Origin: Trichoplax adhaerens
Lineage: Eukaryota; Animalia; Placozoa
Direction of reading: 5' to 3'
Assembly: GCF_000150275.1 (NCBI RefSeq)
Contig: NW_002060943.1
Location: 1,416,832-1,480,831, forward strand
DNA length: 64,000 bases
The notes beneath the pieces were generated by a model. It did no database searches and was not told the origin of the DNA. It worked only from the letters and a program-made list of their open reading frames with translations. How positions within the stretch are numbered: the stretch's first letter is position 1; each line of letters begins with the position of its first letter. Shown here piece by piece: positions 42,101 through 54,305 of the stretch. Position numbers and translations under genes: made by a program.

Positions 42101-44442
42101 ACTGGAAGATTGTGCGAATAGTTGCCAATAGGAGTTTTAACAATCTCTGTTCAGGATATAAATAGTGCTCATGTAATGACAACAGCTAATTATGGTAGTT
42201 TTGTGTAGGCAATACAGTGATAGTATGTAGTGTAGAACTGTATGTCTTAATAAAGTATGTGCTCTATAAGGCCGTAGCTGATAGCCATATTTAAGTAATG
42301 TTATTAAGCAATGTACTAATGTGATCGATGACTTCTATGTAGAGGAGCAATGGATGATAATTTGTATGCGTTGTTGTTACAATTTCACTTCTGCGACAAG
42401 GTAACGTACAGTAAAAGTCTATAAGTAGCTACTGACTTAAACGCCCTTTTACTTAACGTTAAACACACTCAGCAAAATACTGTAAAGATAAAAGTTTTAT
42501 TAGCAAAGATACTGTACATCTACAACATTTTACCATACCAATCAACTCAAATGTTCCCGTTTATATAGGAACCGTCTAGTTTGTAAATAACAACAGTATT
42601 ATTATTATACCTTACTAGGAGAAACATCTCGATCTGAGATGTTCCTTACGTAGCTTTTCTATCGGTAAATATTTTGAATCTCTTACTCATACTTAATCTT
42701 AATCTAAGCACGTAGGTTGTCTAATTCAACGATCATCAACTAGAACTTGAATCATCTTACTCCTATCTATCACACAATAACAATCAATATCAAATATGTA
42801 TTGAACTATCACAAACAACATCCTCGTTAAGGCATTACTTATCTTACCTAGCACTACAAATATGGATATTCTCCATAGTAGCTACTACTGTACTTATTAA
42901 ACTATCCTAATGACAAGGCAACACCGTAACAGTAGTATAGAATTGTTATTGTGGAGGCTAAGTCGATTATCCGCTTTATCTTAGCTATTTTCGACCGTTA
43001 CTATGAGGATAAGAAATTGAAATTCTTCTACGACGGACGATACAATCATAGTTAAATTAAGTGATGAAGAACCTTGTAGAGATTTCAGCTAATTACAGTA
43101 GCAACATGAAGTGCAGTAGCGCCAAGATATAAAATGATTTCTAAGGTTAATAATGAAGTAATTGTATGATGCCTGGTATGGGGGTCCTGGTCCTATTAGT
43201 GCTATGTACATATAAGGCCGTCGCTGATAGCTATACAGATTTATATTTTCGTATTATGGGCTTATGTGATGCTTAACTAGGGAAGAAAAGTGAATTCTTC
43301 TTCGTCAGGCTTGCTATCAATAAACGATACTTTTAAGATTAAATATAATGTTGAGCTAATAGTGTCACGCTAGGGATTTGGTCAATTTTAAAGTCTTAAT
43401 TTTCACTTAGTGATTGTGAATCTAAACGGTTACCGAATCTAATCACTAAATAAGCTCGAATTACTTTACCTCTGTAAGAATCCAACAACTCTGTTACGAT
43501 GATCCAATTCCTATTGTTAACGGTCATCAAGACTATATCAACCTGATGTAATTGCAGTCTAAAGTCCTTTTCTAATACTTTAAAGATTAAATTTAGGCTA
43601 TTAGAGCACATGTATACACAATTAGGTGTAGGCAAATATAGCCAGTACTAGCATTCGATGAAAGAAACTTTAACCCACGCCAATCATATTATATGCAGAT
43701 AACAGTATAAATTATTCATGTGGGTCAAGGTCTCCTTTATTTTTTAATACAAATAAAGTTAATGAGTATCTCACTTTAGGAAATTATCTTGCAGCATTAT
43801 TTATCTAATTTGTCGAATTTTTCTAGGCCTACAAATAATTTAGCATGGCAAAATTATGAAGCATGCATTATAGCGAATCTATATTACATTGGAAGATAAA
43901 ATATCTGTTTATACTGCGTCAACTAGCGGCATTCCATCAGATACTCAATAGAAAATATCTACGAGAAAGTTTGCATACGATTGTAGACTTTATTCAATAA
44001 TATGGGAAATCAGTCGAAATTCATTCTGAAATCATTGATAATTTTAAACATTATAATTATACGAAAGGATTTCAGATAGCTTTACTCAATAGCTACTAGC
44101 TCTTGATGATCACCATGGCTCTATAGCTTATCAGAGCAGATACAGTGAGAGAAATAGTGCTGATCGAGTGTATATATTTGAATATAGTCTTATTGTATTG
44201 TATCAATTGGTAAAGGAATCAGCCTTTAGGCAGTGATATAGCTAATACTTATCCAAGTGTGAACGGTGTTTTACGTCTAATTAGAATATTTCGAAATTTG
44301 ATACTGTCGAACACATTTCTTCTTTTGTAGGCTACATTCTAACCAGTTTAAACTACAAATTATGAGGCTAACAAATCTACTAAATCGTTATGACGAAAAA
44401 TTTCAATCTTCTGGCAATTAGCTGCCGATAACGAAAACTTCA

Positions 44443-47295
44443 TTACCACGAAATGATATCGCAAAAGCCAACGGCGGCTTCGCAGTACGATACAACGCAA
44501 TGAGCTAAGCAATCATTATCAACACTGCAAGCTTGGTTACGTAGATAACTTTGATCGCATTGACCATATCTCTATAATTTTCAAAAAAAGTAAATAATAT
44601 GGTCAAATTAGTAACAACGCTTATACTGGAATAACTTCTATTTGCCTTTTTAAATGACTATAAAATGATCGAAATAAATGGTAAGTTTTATGCTGGATTT
44701 CTATCTGTCATTTTATTAATTAAATAAATGATCATAACATAATCAAACTAATAACAATGTTGATGGTGCAATGACTTCTATCTGCCATTTTGAATGATCA
44801 TAAAGTAGCCAAACCAGTATCAACGTTTATGTTAAAATGACTTTTATCAGCCAAATTAAATGGCCATAAAATAGTCAAATCAGTTATAATATTTAGGCCG
44901 AAAAGACTTGTATGTGCCTTTTTGTTCATAATAAAACCGATTGAATCAAAACTATATCAACTTTGAAATTAAATTAGTTTGTATCATATGGATAAAACTC
45001 TATTTATTCATTAATTCATACGTATCCTTAACGATGAATTGCTACAGTAGAGAAGCTATTTACAGACAGAATTCTATAACACTAATAAAGGGTTACAGTA
45101 TGAGATATATTAGCGACTTTATTATTGATATTGAAGATATTTAAAATAGAAAAACTCGATCTGAAATCGACGACATTATTTGCATAAAAGTAGGTATCAA
45201 TGAACCTATCAATTAATAATCACGATAGCTATTCAATAACTATCTTCAATTTACAAATGGAGTAATTAGATAATATTAAACTAATTTCAGCAAAAAAACT
45301 TTGCCTGCATTAAAGGTAATAGAGAATGATATCGTTTTCAGGTCCTCAATGGAGTTTATAAAGGCATATAATGTAGGCATAAGCCGTATTGACTTCGTTC
45401 ATGAAAGAATGCAAAAAAGAAAATACTAAATTCTTGTCGATTTCCTACTACTATATCACCAACAATATGGTCAGCATATAAGTCTACTTCACTGTCATCG
45501 CATATCCATTATTTTAAAATCAGTTTATTTTTTAGCTGTTATGGTAAGCTTATTTGTGGCCTAAGAGAAAGTATGCAACCGCCAGAACTATGTTGACGGA
45601 AGTCATTTTAAGGATCAAAATAAGCTACCGTTAAAGGTTTACTTCTTTGATTTACTGCTCTATAAGGCGATCTTATACGCAGTTCTTGATTCAAAAGGAG
45701 CTCTATATTAAGTTCAGTCAGTGAAAGTTCAAGTATCGGTAAAAAAGAGTACTAATTAAACTGAAAATTTCAATCTTATTAAATGGGTGAGATTAGGAGG
45801 AGAAATGGTCATCCAATATATAAAATCGAAAGTATTTACAGTAAATTATCTACATTATCCATCGCTAATAGCACTAATTATATTACTGTGCTGTTTGTTA
45901 TAACCATTGATTCAATAAACTTGTTAGCGAAAGAAGACATTTGGTTTTACAGGAGCGACCTAGAAATTTAATTGCATTCCATTCTAAGTAAAAGTGGAGC
46001 TCTAAGAGCTCTAGAGCTACTATTATTGAACACTACAGGAACAAAGAACAACGAGCATTTAATTTACCTCAATCAATTCCTTTTAATAATATATTAGGAA
46101 TGATAGACTGTTGTTGGTTTAAATAGCGATTGATAGTTAACAGAAAAGAAAAGACTATGATATCCTGCGGCTTGATTTTTTCAAAGTGTACAGTATTCTC
46201 AACATGGCTGTTATCGCCACTTCACAATTCCATCAGTAATCTACAGAACGATATTCTAGTGTTGACCATTAAATCAATATCATGTATCCCATTCTAACAG
46301 ATCCCATCTTGCATTTCTTGCCATAGCAGCAAATTGCAAGAAAATTGCTGGCTATAATGTCACTGTTATCAACGATTGAGCATTTCTAGTCCACTCAATA
46401 CATTTTATTAGACCAATTAGACTCTCATTAATTGATACCTAGAAACTAAGTTATGTTCAATTAAATCGCCATTTTAATACTAAATTCTCTTTGTCTCCAA
46501 TTCATATCAGGGCTCTTTCTAGCAGACTAATTGCCTTTATCGCTTGTGTTGTTTAAGGTATAAATTGCGTAAAAAGCAAGTCAGAAATTGTGACTATATA
46601 TCGTCGATGATATCAGAATGAAAAATTAGAATAGCTGCTCAGATTACCGACATTGCTTCAGATGTCAAGATTGAATTGTAGAGTAGTAGTAATAGAGAAA
46701 CTACTGCTTTACAATTCAATCGTAAAATAAAACTATCCTGCTGTCAGTCCTTCGACTTCCTATTATCCTGTCGTGCAGTAATTGATCTCCCAAAATTCTT
46801 CCTCATGATCAACAAGACTGAATTCAAATACTAACAGTTTTGTACTTAAAACTACTACACTGAATGTCTAACAATATACTTAAATGATCTTGTACACGAG
46901 CTAAAAGATCCGAGGCTTAATAAATCTAGCATATTTATAGCTCGCACATTTCATTATTGTCGATTTTGGATCAAAAGTAATCAGATCTACTGTATCACGT
47001 TAGAGCTCAAATTGAAGAGTAGGACACTCATTTATCCAGAAGAGAATGAGTTATAAATAGAGTATAAAAAGGGCAGTGGTGTATCATAAGGACAGTGCAT
47101 TGAATATACTTATTAGCCATAGGCTAAAATTGTAATAGAGAAGATGATCTAATTAATTTAAAAACATTATCCGCTTACACGTTGTTTTTCCAAGTAAAGC
47201 CTTGCCAAAGCATTATATCCATTGGCTTGGCTGTTAAGAATGACCAAGCAGAAAGCTAATGCGAAAAGTAATTGAAAGGTGACTGATGGCTTCAT
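44443..47295 (-). CDS. Secreted 6-Cys knottin-like prepropeptide, paralog B (exons 47295-47179 and 44571-44443): MKPSVTFQLLFALAFCLVILNSQANG-YNALARLYLEKQR|R-YGQCDQSYLRNQACSVDNDCLAHCVVSYCEAAVGFCDIISW*
   Basis: Donor CGT|gtaagc, acceptor ttatag|AGA, phase-0 intron of 2607 bp. The RR site is created across the splice junction. QANG is shared with paralog A; exon 2 is 21/42 aa identical to paralog C. Confidence 0.88.
44630..44940. repeat. Degenerate 66-bp-period minisatellite in the paralog B intron
   Basis: The motif gactt(c/t/g)tat(c/g)(t/a)gcc recurs at 44773, 44839 and 44905, with more diverged copies near 44633 and 44698. Confidence 0.65.
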
Positions 47296-47569
47296 AATTT
47301 CTCTTTACTTTTTCGAAGTAATTCTTCTAAGTAGCACTAAATGTAAGGAAATGAATTAAAATTGAGCTAGCATAATCTCATAACAGAGTTGAAATACCTT
47401 TGTATCAGCGTCTAAATAGGTAATAGCTATCGCTTAGTATGCTAACTCAGTCAAGCACTGATTGAAAATAATAATATATAAATTATCACAACTATCTATT
47501 TAAAGAAGTAGAGAAAGCTTCTATAGAGTGAAATAGGTCATTTGAAGATCAAACTGTGAACTAATCTAC

Positions 47570-48180
47570 CCTTTCTCCTATCTTTAACTGAGAAAATTAC
47601 TTTCAATTTCATAAAATAATATTCTACTTTGCTTTGTTAAGAAACAAGTACTCAATTAATTGGCAGCCAATGCTGTATAATACTCCTACTTATAAAATTA
47701 ATTTTTCCTTCTTCTTCTATCTTGAACTGGAAAAATTACTTTCAATTTCACAAAGCATCATTCTATTTTGCATGGTAGAGCACCAAATACTGAATTTACT
47801 GGCACTAATGCTGTATGAATCCAATAATACTAATCTTTCATTTCTTCTATTTTGAAGGAAGAAAAATACTTTCGATTTCAAAAATAGCACTAATTTTGGC
47901 TTAGTAAAGGATCAAATGCTCAATATACTCGAACTGTGTAAAGTACATTTCATTTCATAAACAGTGTTCAATTTTACTTCGTACAGGAACAAACACTTAA
48001 TTTGCTAGCAGCCAATATGGGGCTAATACTGGCAACCAATACTATACTGTACAATTCTGGAGTTATAATTCTAACCTTTGCTTACCCTATCTTTAACGGA
48101 GAAAAATACTTTCAATTTCTTAAAATAGCACTAAATTTTGCTTCGCAAAAGGATCGAGTGCTCAATTAGTTGGCAATAAA
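47570..48180. repeat. Degenerate tandem repeat of about 130 bp (4-5 copies) upstream of the paralog B coding exon
   Basis: The block gaaaa(t/a)tactttc(a/g)atttc, with similar flanks, recurs at about 47592, 47731, 47863 and 48101. Confidence 0.7.
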
Positions 48181-49244
48181 TACCGTATCAGACTTATAAA
48201 ATGGACTCATGATCGCATTGCATTCGTTCCATCTTTTTACTATTCTTAAGGCATTGCAGTATTTTTTCTCCGAGAAGAAAGAGTTGGAAAGAAAAGTAAT
48301 TCACTGATTTGTAAACATAGTGCATTGAAAGTAGTAAAGTATACAAGCCTAGTTGGTAAAAGTACATGATAGTGATATCTTAAATTCTTGTTATTCTATT
48401 AGAAAAATAAACAGAAACTGTTCTATGGAAAAAATGTCCGATCAGAATAAATTGCAAAGCAGGAAGTAATAGCATCGTAGTTATTGGCTATGGAAAGATA
48501 GAAAACTTCAATTTCACTTCATTGGATGAGAATATGACTCAAAATTTAATAATGTTCGATAGAAACTATTCTTCTACTAACCGGGAACAAGATGGCTCAA
48601 GTGTGGCAAGATCAACGATGCGGAGTGGAATGCTTGAAATCGGCTCTTTACTCGGCTATTTATCTATTTCAGCATGGTAAATACATTAAATTTTTTACTC
48701 TGAACTCTCAATTGAGCCAGCCCTCATCCTTCTATTTTAGTCCTTATTATGCTACTGCTCTATGTCTATTTTTAGTCATATTTTAAGGGGGCTGGTACGG
48801 GTCGATAAATGATTTTATGCCTTATATATAGAGATACACAGTAGATATATTTAACATTTTGCTCGGCTTTACTAAGCCATTACTGAATTTAATTAGTATA
48901 CTGTATTATTTACATGAGCCATTTTCCAATATTAGTCAACAGGAATAAATTACTAATTACAGACTGGTATTGTTGTAAAGTAAAATTAATAGGAATATAT
49001 AATGAACAATAGCATTGAAATTAATTTGACTATTTTATGAGAATCCATTTTTGCCTTAATTCTTAATTGATCGATCCTGTGATCAACAATACAACTTCAC
49101 TTTATGAAATAGCAATATTAATGAAGCGACAAATTGAATTAGAATCGTTTTGCAATTGTAAAGAAACAGCTGCTTGAAGCCAGTCTAATTTTCTCTTATT
49201 CCACATCATTTATACGTAGCAATTGGAGAAACTGACTAGATAGA

Positions 49245-49685
49245 ATGACGGAAAGGAACAACATTAATTCAGGTAGTATTGATAGACAACCGTGATTCGA
49301 GTCGACATTTTTCAATTAAAGGGATAGGATAGCAATCAAATCGTTTAACATCGTCGATAATGATCGATGGATGTTTGTGCATGTGGTAATATTTCTATCA
49401 CTTTCCATCGAGTGTATTCTAATTGGTCTCATTGCTGTCTTGTTAATATCACTCAATATCATCACAGTTATTATTTACTTGAATAAATCTCATCATGACA
49501 AAGGTAAGATCGATTATTACACCACATAAACACATTGTAATTTTTAATTTTAATTGTGATCCTATTTCAAAATAGGCAATGAAACAGTTACAATTTTAGA
49601 CAATTGAAAATTCAGTGATAAAACTATTATTAATTAATATAGGCCGAAGCGAGTTTAACCAGACATGGAATTACCTTCCTACTAG
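49245..49685 (+). pseudogene. Possible decayed 5' end of a type II membrane protein gene
   Basis: Frame from ATG 49245 has two stops, then a long hydrophobic segment (CILIGLIAVLLISLNIITVIIYL) ending at a strong donor AAAG|gtaaga (49503). The next apparent exon (49576-49685) has in-frame stops and RPKR. Confidence 0.3.
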
Positions 49686-52600
49686 GTAATTCTACTACAC
49701 TTTGATCTGGAGATTGTTGTCTTTGTATCTCTGTCGTAAAACTCAAAATCACTTTAGTCCTATCGATTTTGCTATTTGAACCGTTTTAGTTAATCTGTAT
49801 TTTAATGAATTGTTATAAATTGAATTATTAGCTTGTTATATTTCAATCGATCGTGAAACTCACTATAACTCTAGTCCTATCGAGTTTGCTATTTTAAACC
49901 ATTTTTTATGATTATCTTGATAAATTGTTCTAAATTGCATTAGATAAATAACAATAAATGTGAAGAGGTTTCAGATTCATAAGTCATAGTTAATGATTCC
50001 ATAATAAATAAAAAAGCATAAAATATTAATTAAATTAATAAAGAAAAAGCGTGAAAAGGATTCTAATCAAAGCAAAATAATGCAAGTTGATGTGATAATC
50101 AGTTGACGAAGCTATTATATTTAGACGGACGAGAGATATTTTAGTAAAGTTTGTTGAGATGGTAAAAATAGTTTGTTGTAATGGAAAAAGAATTTAAATA
50201 TATCATTCTGATTGGAACCAAGTACTTCCTCCCTCTAATGCACACTTCCAGATTGTAGAATAATATTCTATCTATATTAAGATCTCCAGTAATTGAATCC
50301 TACAAAGAGGAGTAGCACTATTGATTGATACTATGCAGTATTTATACGGTAAATAGCCAAAGAGCTAAAAATATGTTTTAGCCAAAGACAGAGACGGCAT
50401 TTTCGTTGCTATCCACGTGAGAATCTGCGTGAGAGGATAAACATCTTTTCTTTTGGTTTTATTACTTCCCTCACAGATGAGTCATTATCTGGAGGTGGAC
50501 CAGTTATCCGATTGTCTCTTAACACAATTTCCATCGCTTTGATTATCCATTTTCTATTAACAATATGAATTTATCGATTTAAAGCGAATCACTTTCGTGT
50601 CAATATCAAGCGCTAGTATCCATTACTTTATAATACCTGAGTTTGCCAAACGTATAAAAATAATTCATGTTCGATTAAAGTGAATTATTCTGGCTGTTTA
50701 ATAAAAAGAGCAAAATAGAAAATTTAGCAGTTTGAGCCTATCATACTCAAACTTAATGAAATTATTCTTCTTCATCTCTAACTTCCTTCTACATGTTCAT
50801 GTCTGGTTTTAAAGCGGATAATTTACACTGTCAACTTTGAACCTGCCGTATTGAATACGTGATGCATGATTCTTATATCAAAGCAGGCTATATCCTGGCC
50901 AATCAGCGCTCAAATTCCTAAGCTAAAATTTCATTTTTATATCCATAGAGTCGTTAACAGAGTCTTTAATTGTAAAAGAGCTATTTAATTAGAAAAGATT
51001 GAGTTGTTCTTAAATTTATAGCCAATATAGATTTCTCTGTTAAGCGATCAATACATAACGCATTTATATCCAATTCGTTCTCAGTATTGTTATTTTATTC
51101 CTGTCTAAAGGAAATATTTTTGTATAAAATGAGAAATTCTCTGCATTTAAAGATAATCGCCATTTCAGACCATTATCCTATTTCTTTACCACAGGATATC
51201 CTCTTTATAATATTACATAATTGAACCCTTACGCTCTTGTTTTATGAAATTAAAAAGCTACACATAATCAGCGTCTTATTTCACATTGTCTGCAAAGTAA
51301 TTCTAATAAAAATCTCGTTATTAAAATCTTTCCTAGTCTTGATGACTACTGAATCATGATTGAAAATACCATCCTTGATATGGTTGTCCTTTGGATTTGC
51401 ACTATTCTGCCAAATTTGTATTTATTTGTAACAATTTGGCCAAAGATGGAGTCAATATCGGATTTAATCTGTAACTTGAATAGCGATACTCCTTTTTTAG
51501 ACATGAAATCTCCAGAGAACCTGCTGTATGCATTGCTATCTGTATTTAAACGAAAGAACTGATTGCTAATAATAGTATTCTATATACACCATAAACATAG
51601 CTAGGAAAATGCAGTCTTTTTAGTGAGCTTAGAAAAGGACCAAAAAATACGTCCTATCGTCATAAAACTAATTTCCTTTTGTCTAGAAATGACAAACCGA
51701 TTACCCCATTATTCAATTTAAAATTGCGAACCTAAATTTCGATGTCATACATTACCAATAGGATCAATAAATATCAGATAAAAAAACTAGCTGATTCTTC
51801 GATAAGAGTATCAAAAGACTGCGAATTATTTTGGTTACCATTATTCGAGAAAAGAATTCTTACTGTGTATCCATGAACAATATTTGAAATTAAACGGAGG
51901 CATGATTTTTCTCCGACTTTTTATTAATAATAATTCTATTTGCCCTAAAATAATCTTTTACTACTTTTTAATAACTATTTAAACTATACTAATTGATCCA
52001 ACCTTAAAAAATTCAATTGGAAATTCTAACATTAAACGTAACCTATATTATAATTGTGAGCATAGAAGTAATAGTTTCAGCTAATTACATTGGTCAAGGG
52101 TATTAAAAGTTTTATTAAAACAGTAACTTAAAGTAGTGTATGGCATAGATTAGTTAGTCTATTATGCTTAAAAAGTGATTGTAGATAGTTTTTGAAATTT
52201 CTGTCATTTTTAATAACTCAAAGTTCGAGTTACTGGACAGTGAACCTAAAGAGTTCTCAACCCATTCACTACAGCAAGCCATTGCGGTAGGCCATAAATG
52301 AAGATCCAAAAATATCGTTGATGCAAACTCTGCACCTATGTAGTTTGCAGAAAGAAGTTAAGACTGCCTACGGGTCTAGATGGATTCACATATCTAGGTA
52401 TTTAATAAAGTAAATAATTTTTATGTGATAACAGTTTCAGAAGGGTATATCGTATGCAATAAAAACGGCTCCTTTTAGTGATTAAAATCTCATGACGTGC
52501 GCGAGTAAATTACAAATAAGGAAAAATTGATATATTATATTACCATTTAACTTTGCCACAGAGGCTATTCTACATTCTCCTTAAAATTTTACCATCACGG

Positions 52601-54305
52601 ATGCAATAAAGAATCTATTTTTATCGATATTGTCTTGTGTTAATCTCACTGATAGCTGATAAGTCTTCATAGATTAATTAAACCCTCTATCTTTCTAAAA
52701 TTGGATTCTTAAAGTCGTATTTAACGAATAAATTCTCGGATACTAGCCATTAGATCTATAAACATGTATGATCTTGAGATATGAAAATCTGTCGTGTGCT
52801 ATTCGCTCAGATACAAGCTTCCAAGTACAAGTTTTGATCTTAAATTTTTCTAGTTATATCAGAGCACTTTAGAATATTACTACAGCAACAATTAATGACT
52901 AAATAGCACTCTTTTGATCTGAACTCACCTTCATTTCTGTTATTTATCGTCTACAGTATAAAAGGTTACCAGGGAATAATATAAATTAATAATAATAGAC
53001 TGATGAGCTAACCATCGACCTTACTCAAACTTAAATTTCAATGTCATCTCTTTTTAATAATTGTTATATTACATATTTTGATGTTGTACTGTCTGTAACT
53101 ATGTTAAAGACCGCTACTAAGTATAAATATTTGTATTGATCGTTATACAATTGTTAGTTTATCGCTAGATTTATTGATTGTAAAACTAATTCATTTTCCA
53201 ATAAGGGCGATTGAATTAGTTTGATACCTAATTATGAGACAGCTCCAAGATCAATCATATTCGGATCATGACCATTTCGTCTTTATACGCGAACTCTAAC
53301 GTTTTTTAAATAGAACGTAAAGAGATCAAAATTTAGGTCTCAGAATAGACGACAGCAATATCGTTTATTAGTATTAATTTCCATGTATTTATATTCTGTA
53401 GCTGATTGAGAACATAGATAGAAGGTACATAAGTGAGTTGCTATTTTTTAACGAAGAGAATTGGTTATTTTATTTTTCGCGTAAAGAGAAGGTCATGTTA
53501 TTTATGCCCTGAGACTCGAAGAAAAGTTTCATACTTATCACGGAGAATTAGCTTTGATAGGTACTGTAGTTTGAGATAGAAGATCCAGAAAATATCTCTT
53601 ATAGATCTTTGTCACAAGAATATGATACAAATTAATGACATGCACTATGATCTAAATTAACACTTCATTGAATCAACACGATTGAATCTCTCCAGTCATA
53701 GCATCCATATTGCTATGTTAACATGTATTCCAATGCTAATAGCACATATTGAACTATTTATTAGTAATTTTAATTATATTATTAATTAATTAATTAATTA
53801 CATGTATTATCCTATCTTTCGTTAATGTCAAGAAAGAGCGAACAAACAATTTTTTTTGATTTTGCAGATCGGAAATTTATTTCATTGGATCGTTAGGAAT
53901 AACATAAATCTGATAACATCATCATTAGCAAGGGAACTGCTACAAATTACCGTATAGAATTTTCGCTAACCTAACAGTTCAGTAATAAAACCTAGCGGTG
54001 TAAATTTGTCAGGATTAAATATGTTAATAGTTTGTAGTTTGTACTATAGAATGATCACATTTCTATGTCACAGATAAGACCATCTTGCATCTCTATGTCG
54101 CTTATTTTGATCAATAAATTTAATAGGCAAAACATCATAGCTTACGCTATGTACAAAGCTATATTAATTTTAATTTAGTAGTTAATAATATATTTTCTGT
54201 TTATGAAGGCAATTTTGATGATTGATATTTATCTAAATCTAATAATGATGCTTCAAATTCAAGCTTCGTTTATATTTAACTTTGCTGATGCAAACGAAAT
54301 TTCAG

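Noticed and set aside
42190-42280. Plus-strand CRTVCLNKVC resembling the C-x3-C-x4-C core of the peptide family
   Set aside because: Opposite strand, two in-frame stops, three cysteines missing and none of the other conserved residues.
43050-43140. Minus-strand GATALHVA ankyrin-like motif
   Set aside because: Followed by stops, with no second repeat; too short to distinguish from chance.
51347-51580. Overlapping 68-77 codon ORFs on both strands
   Set aside because: No recognisable motif and no linkable exons.
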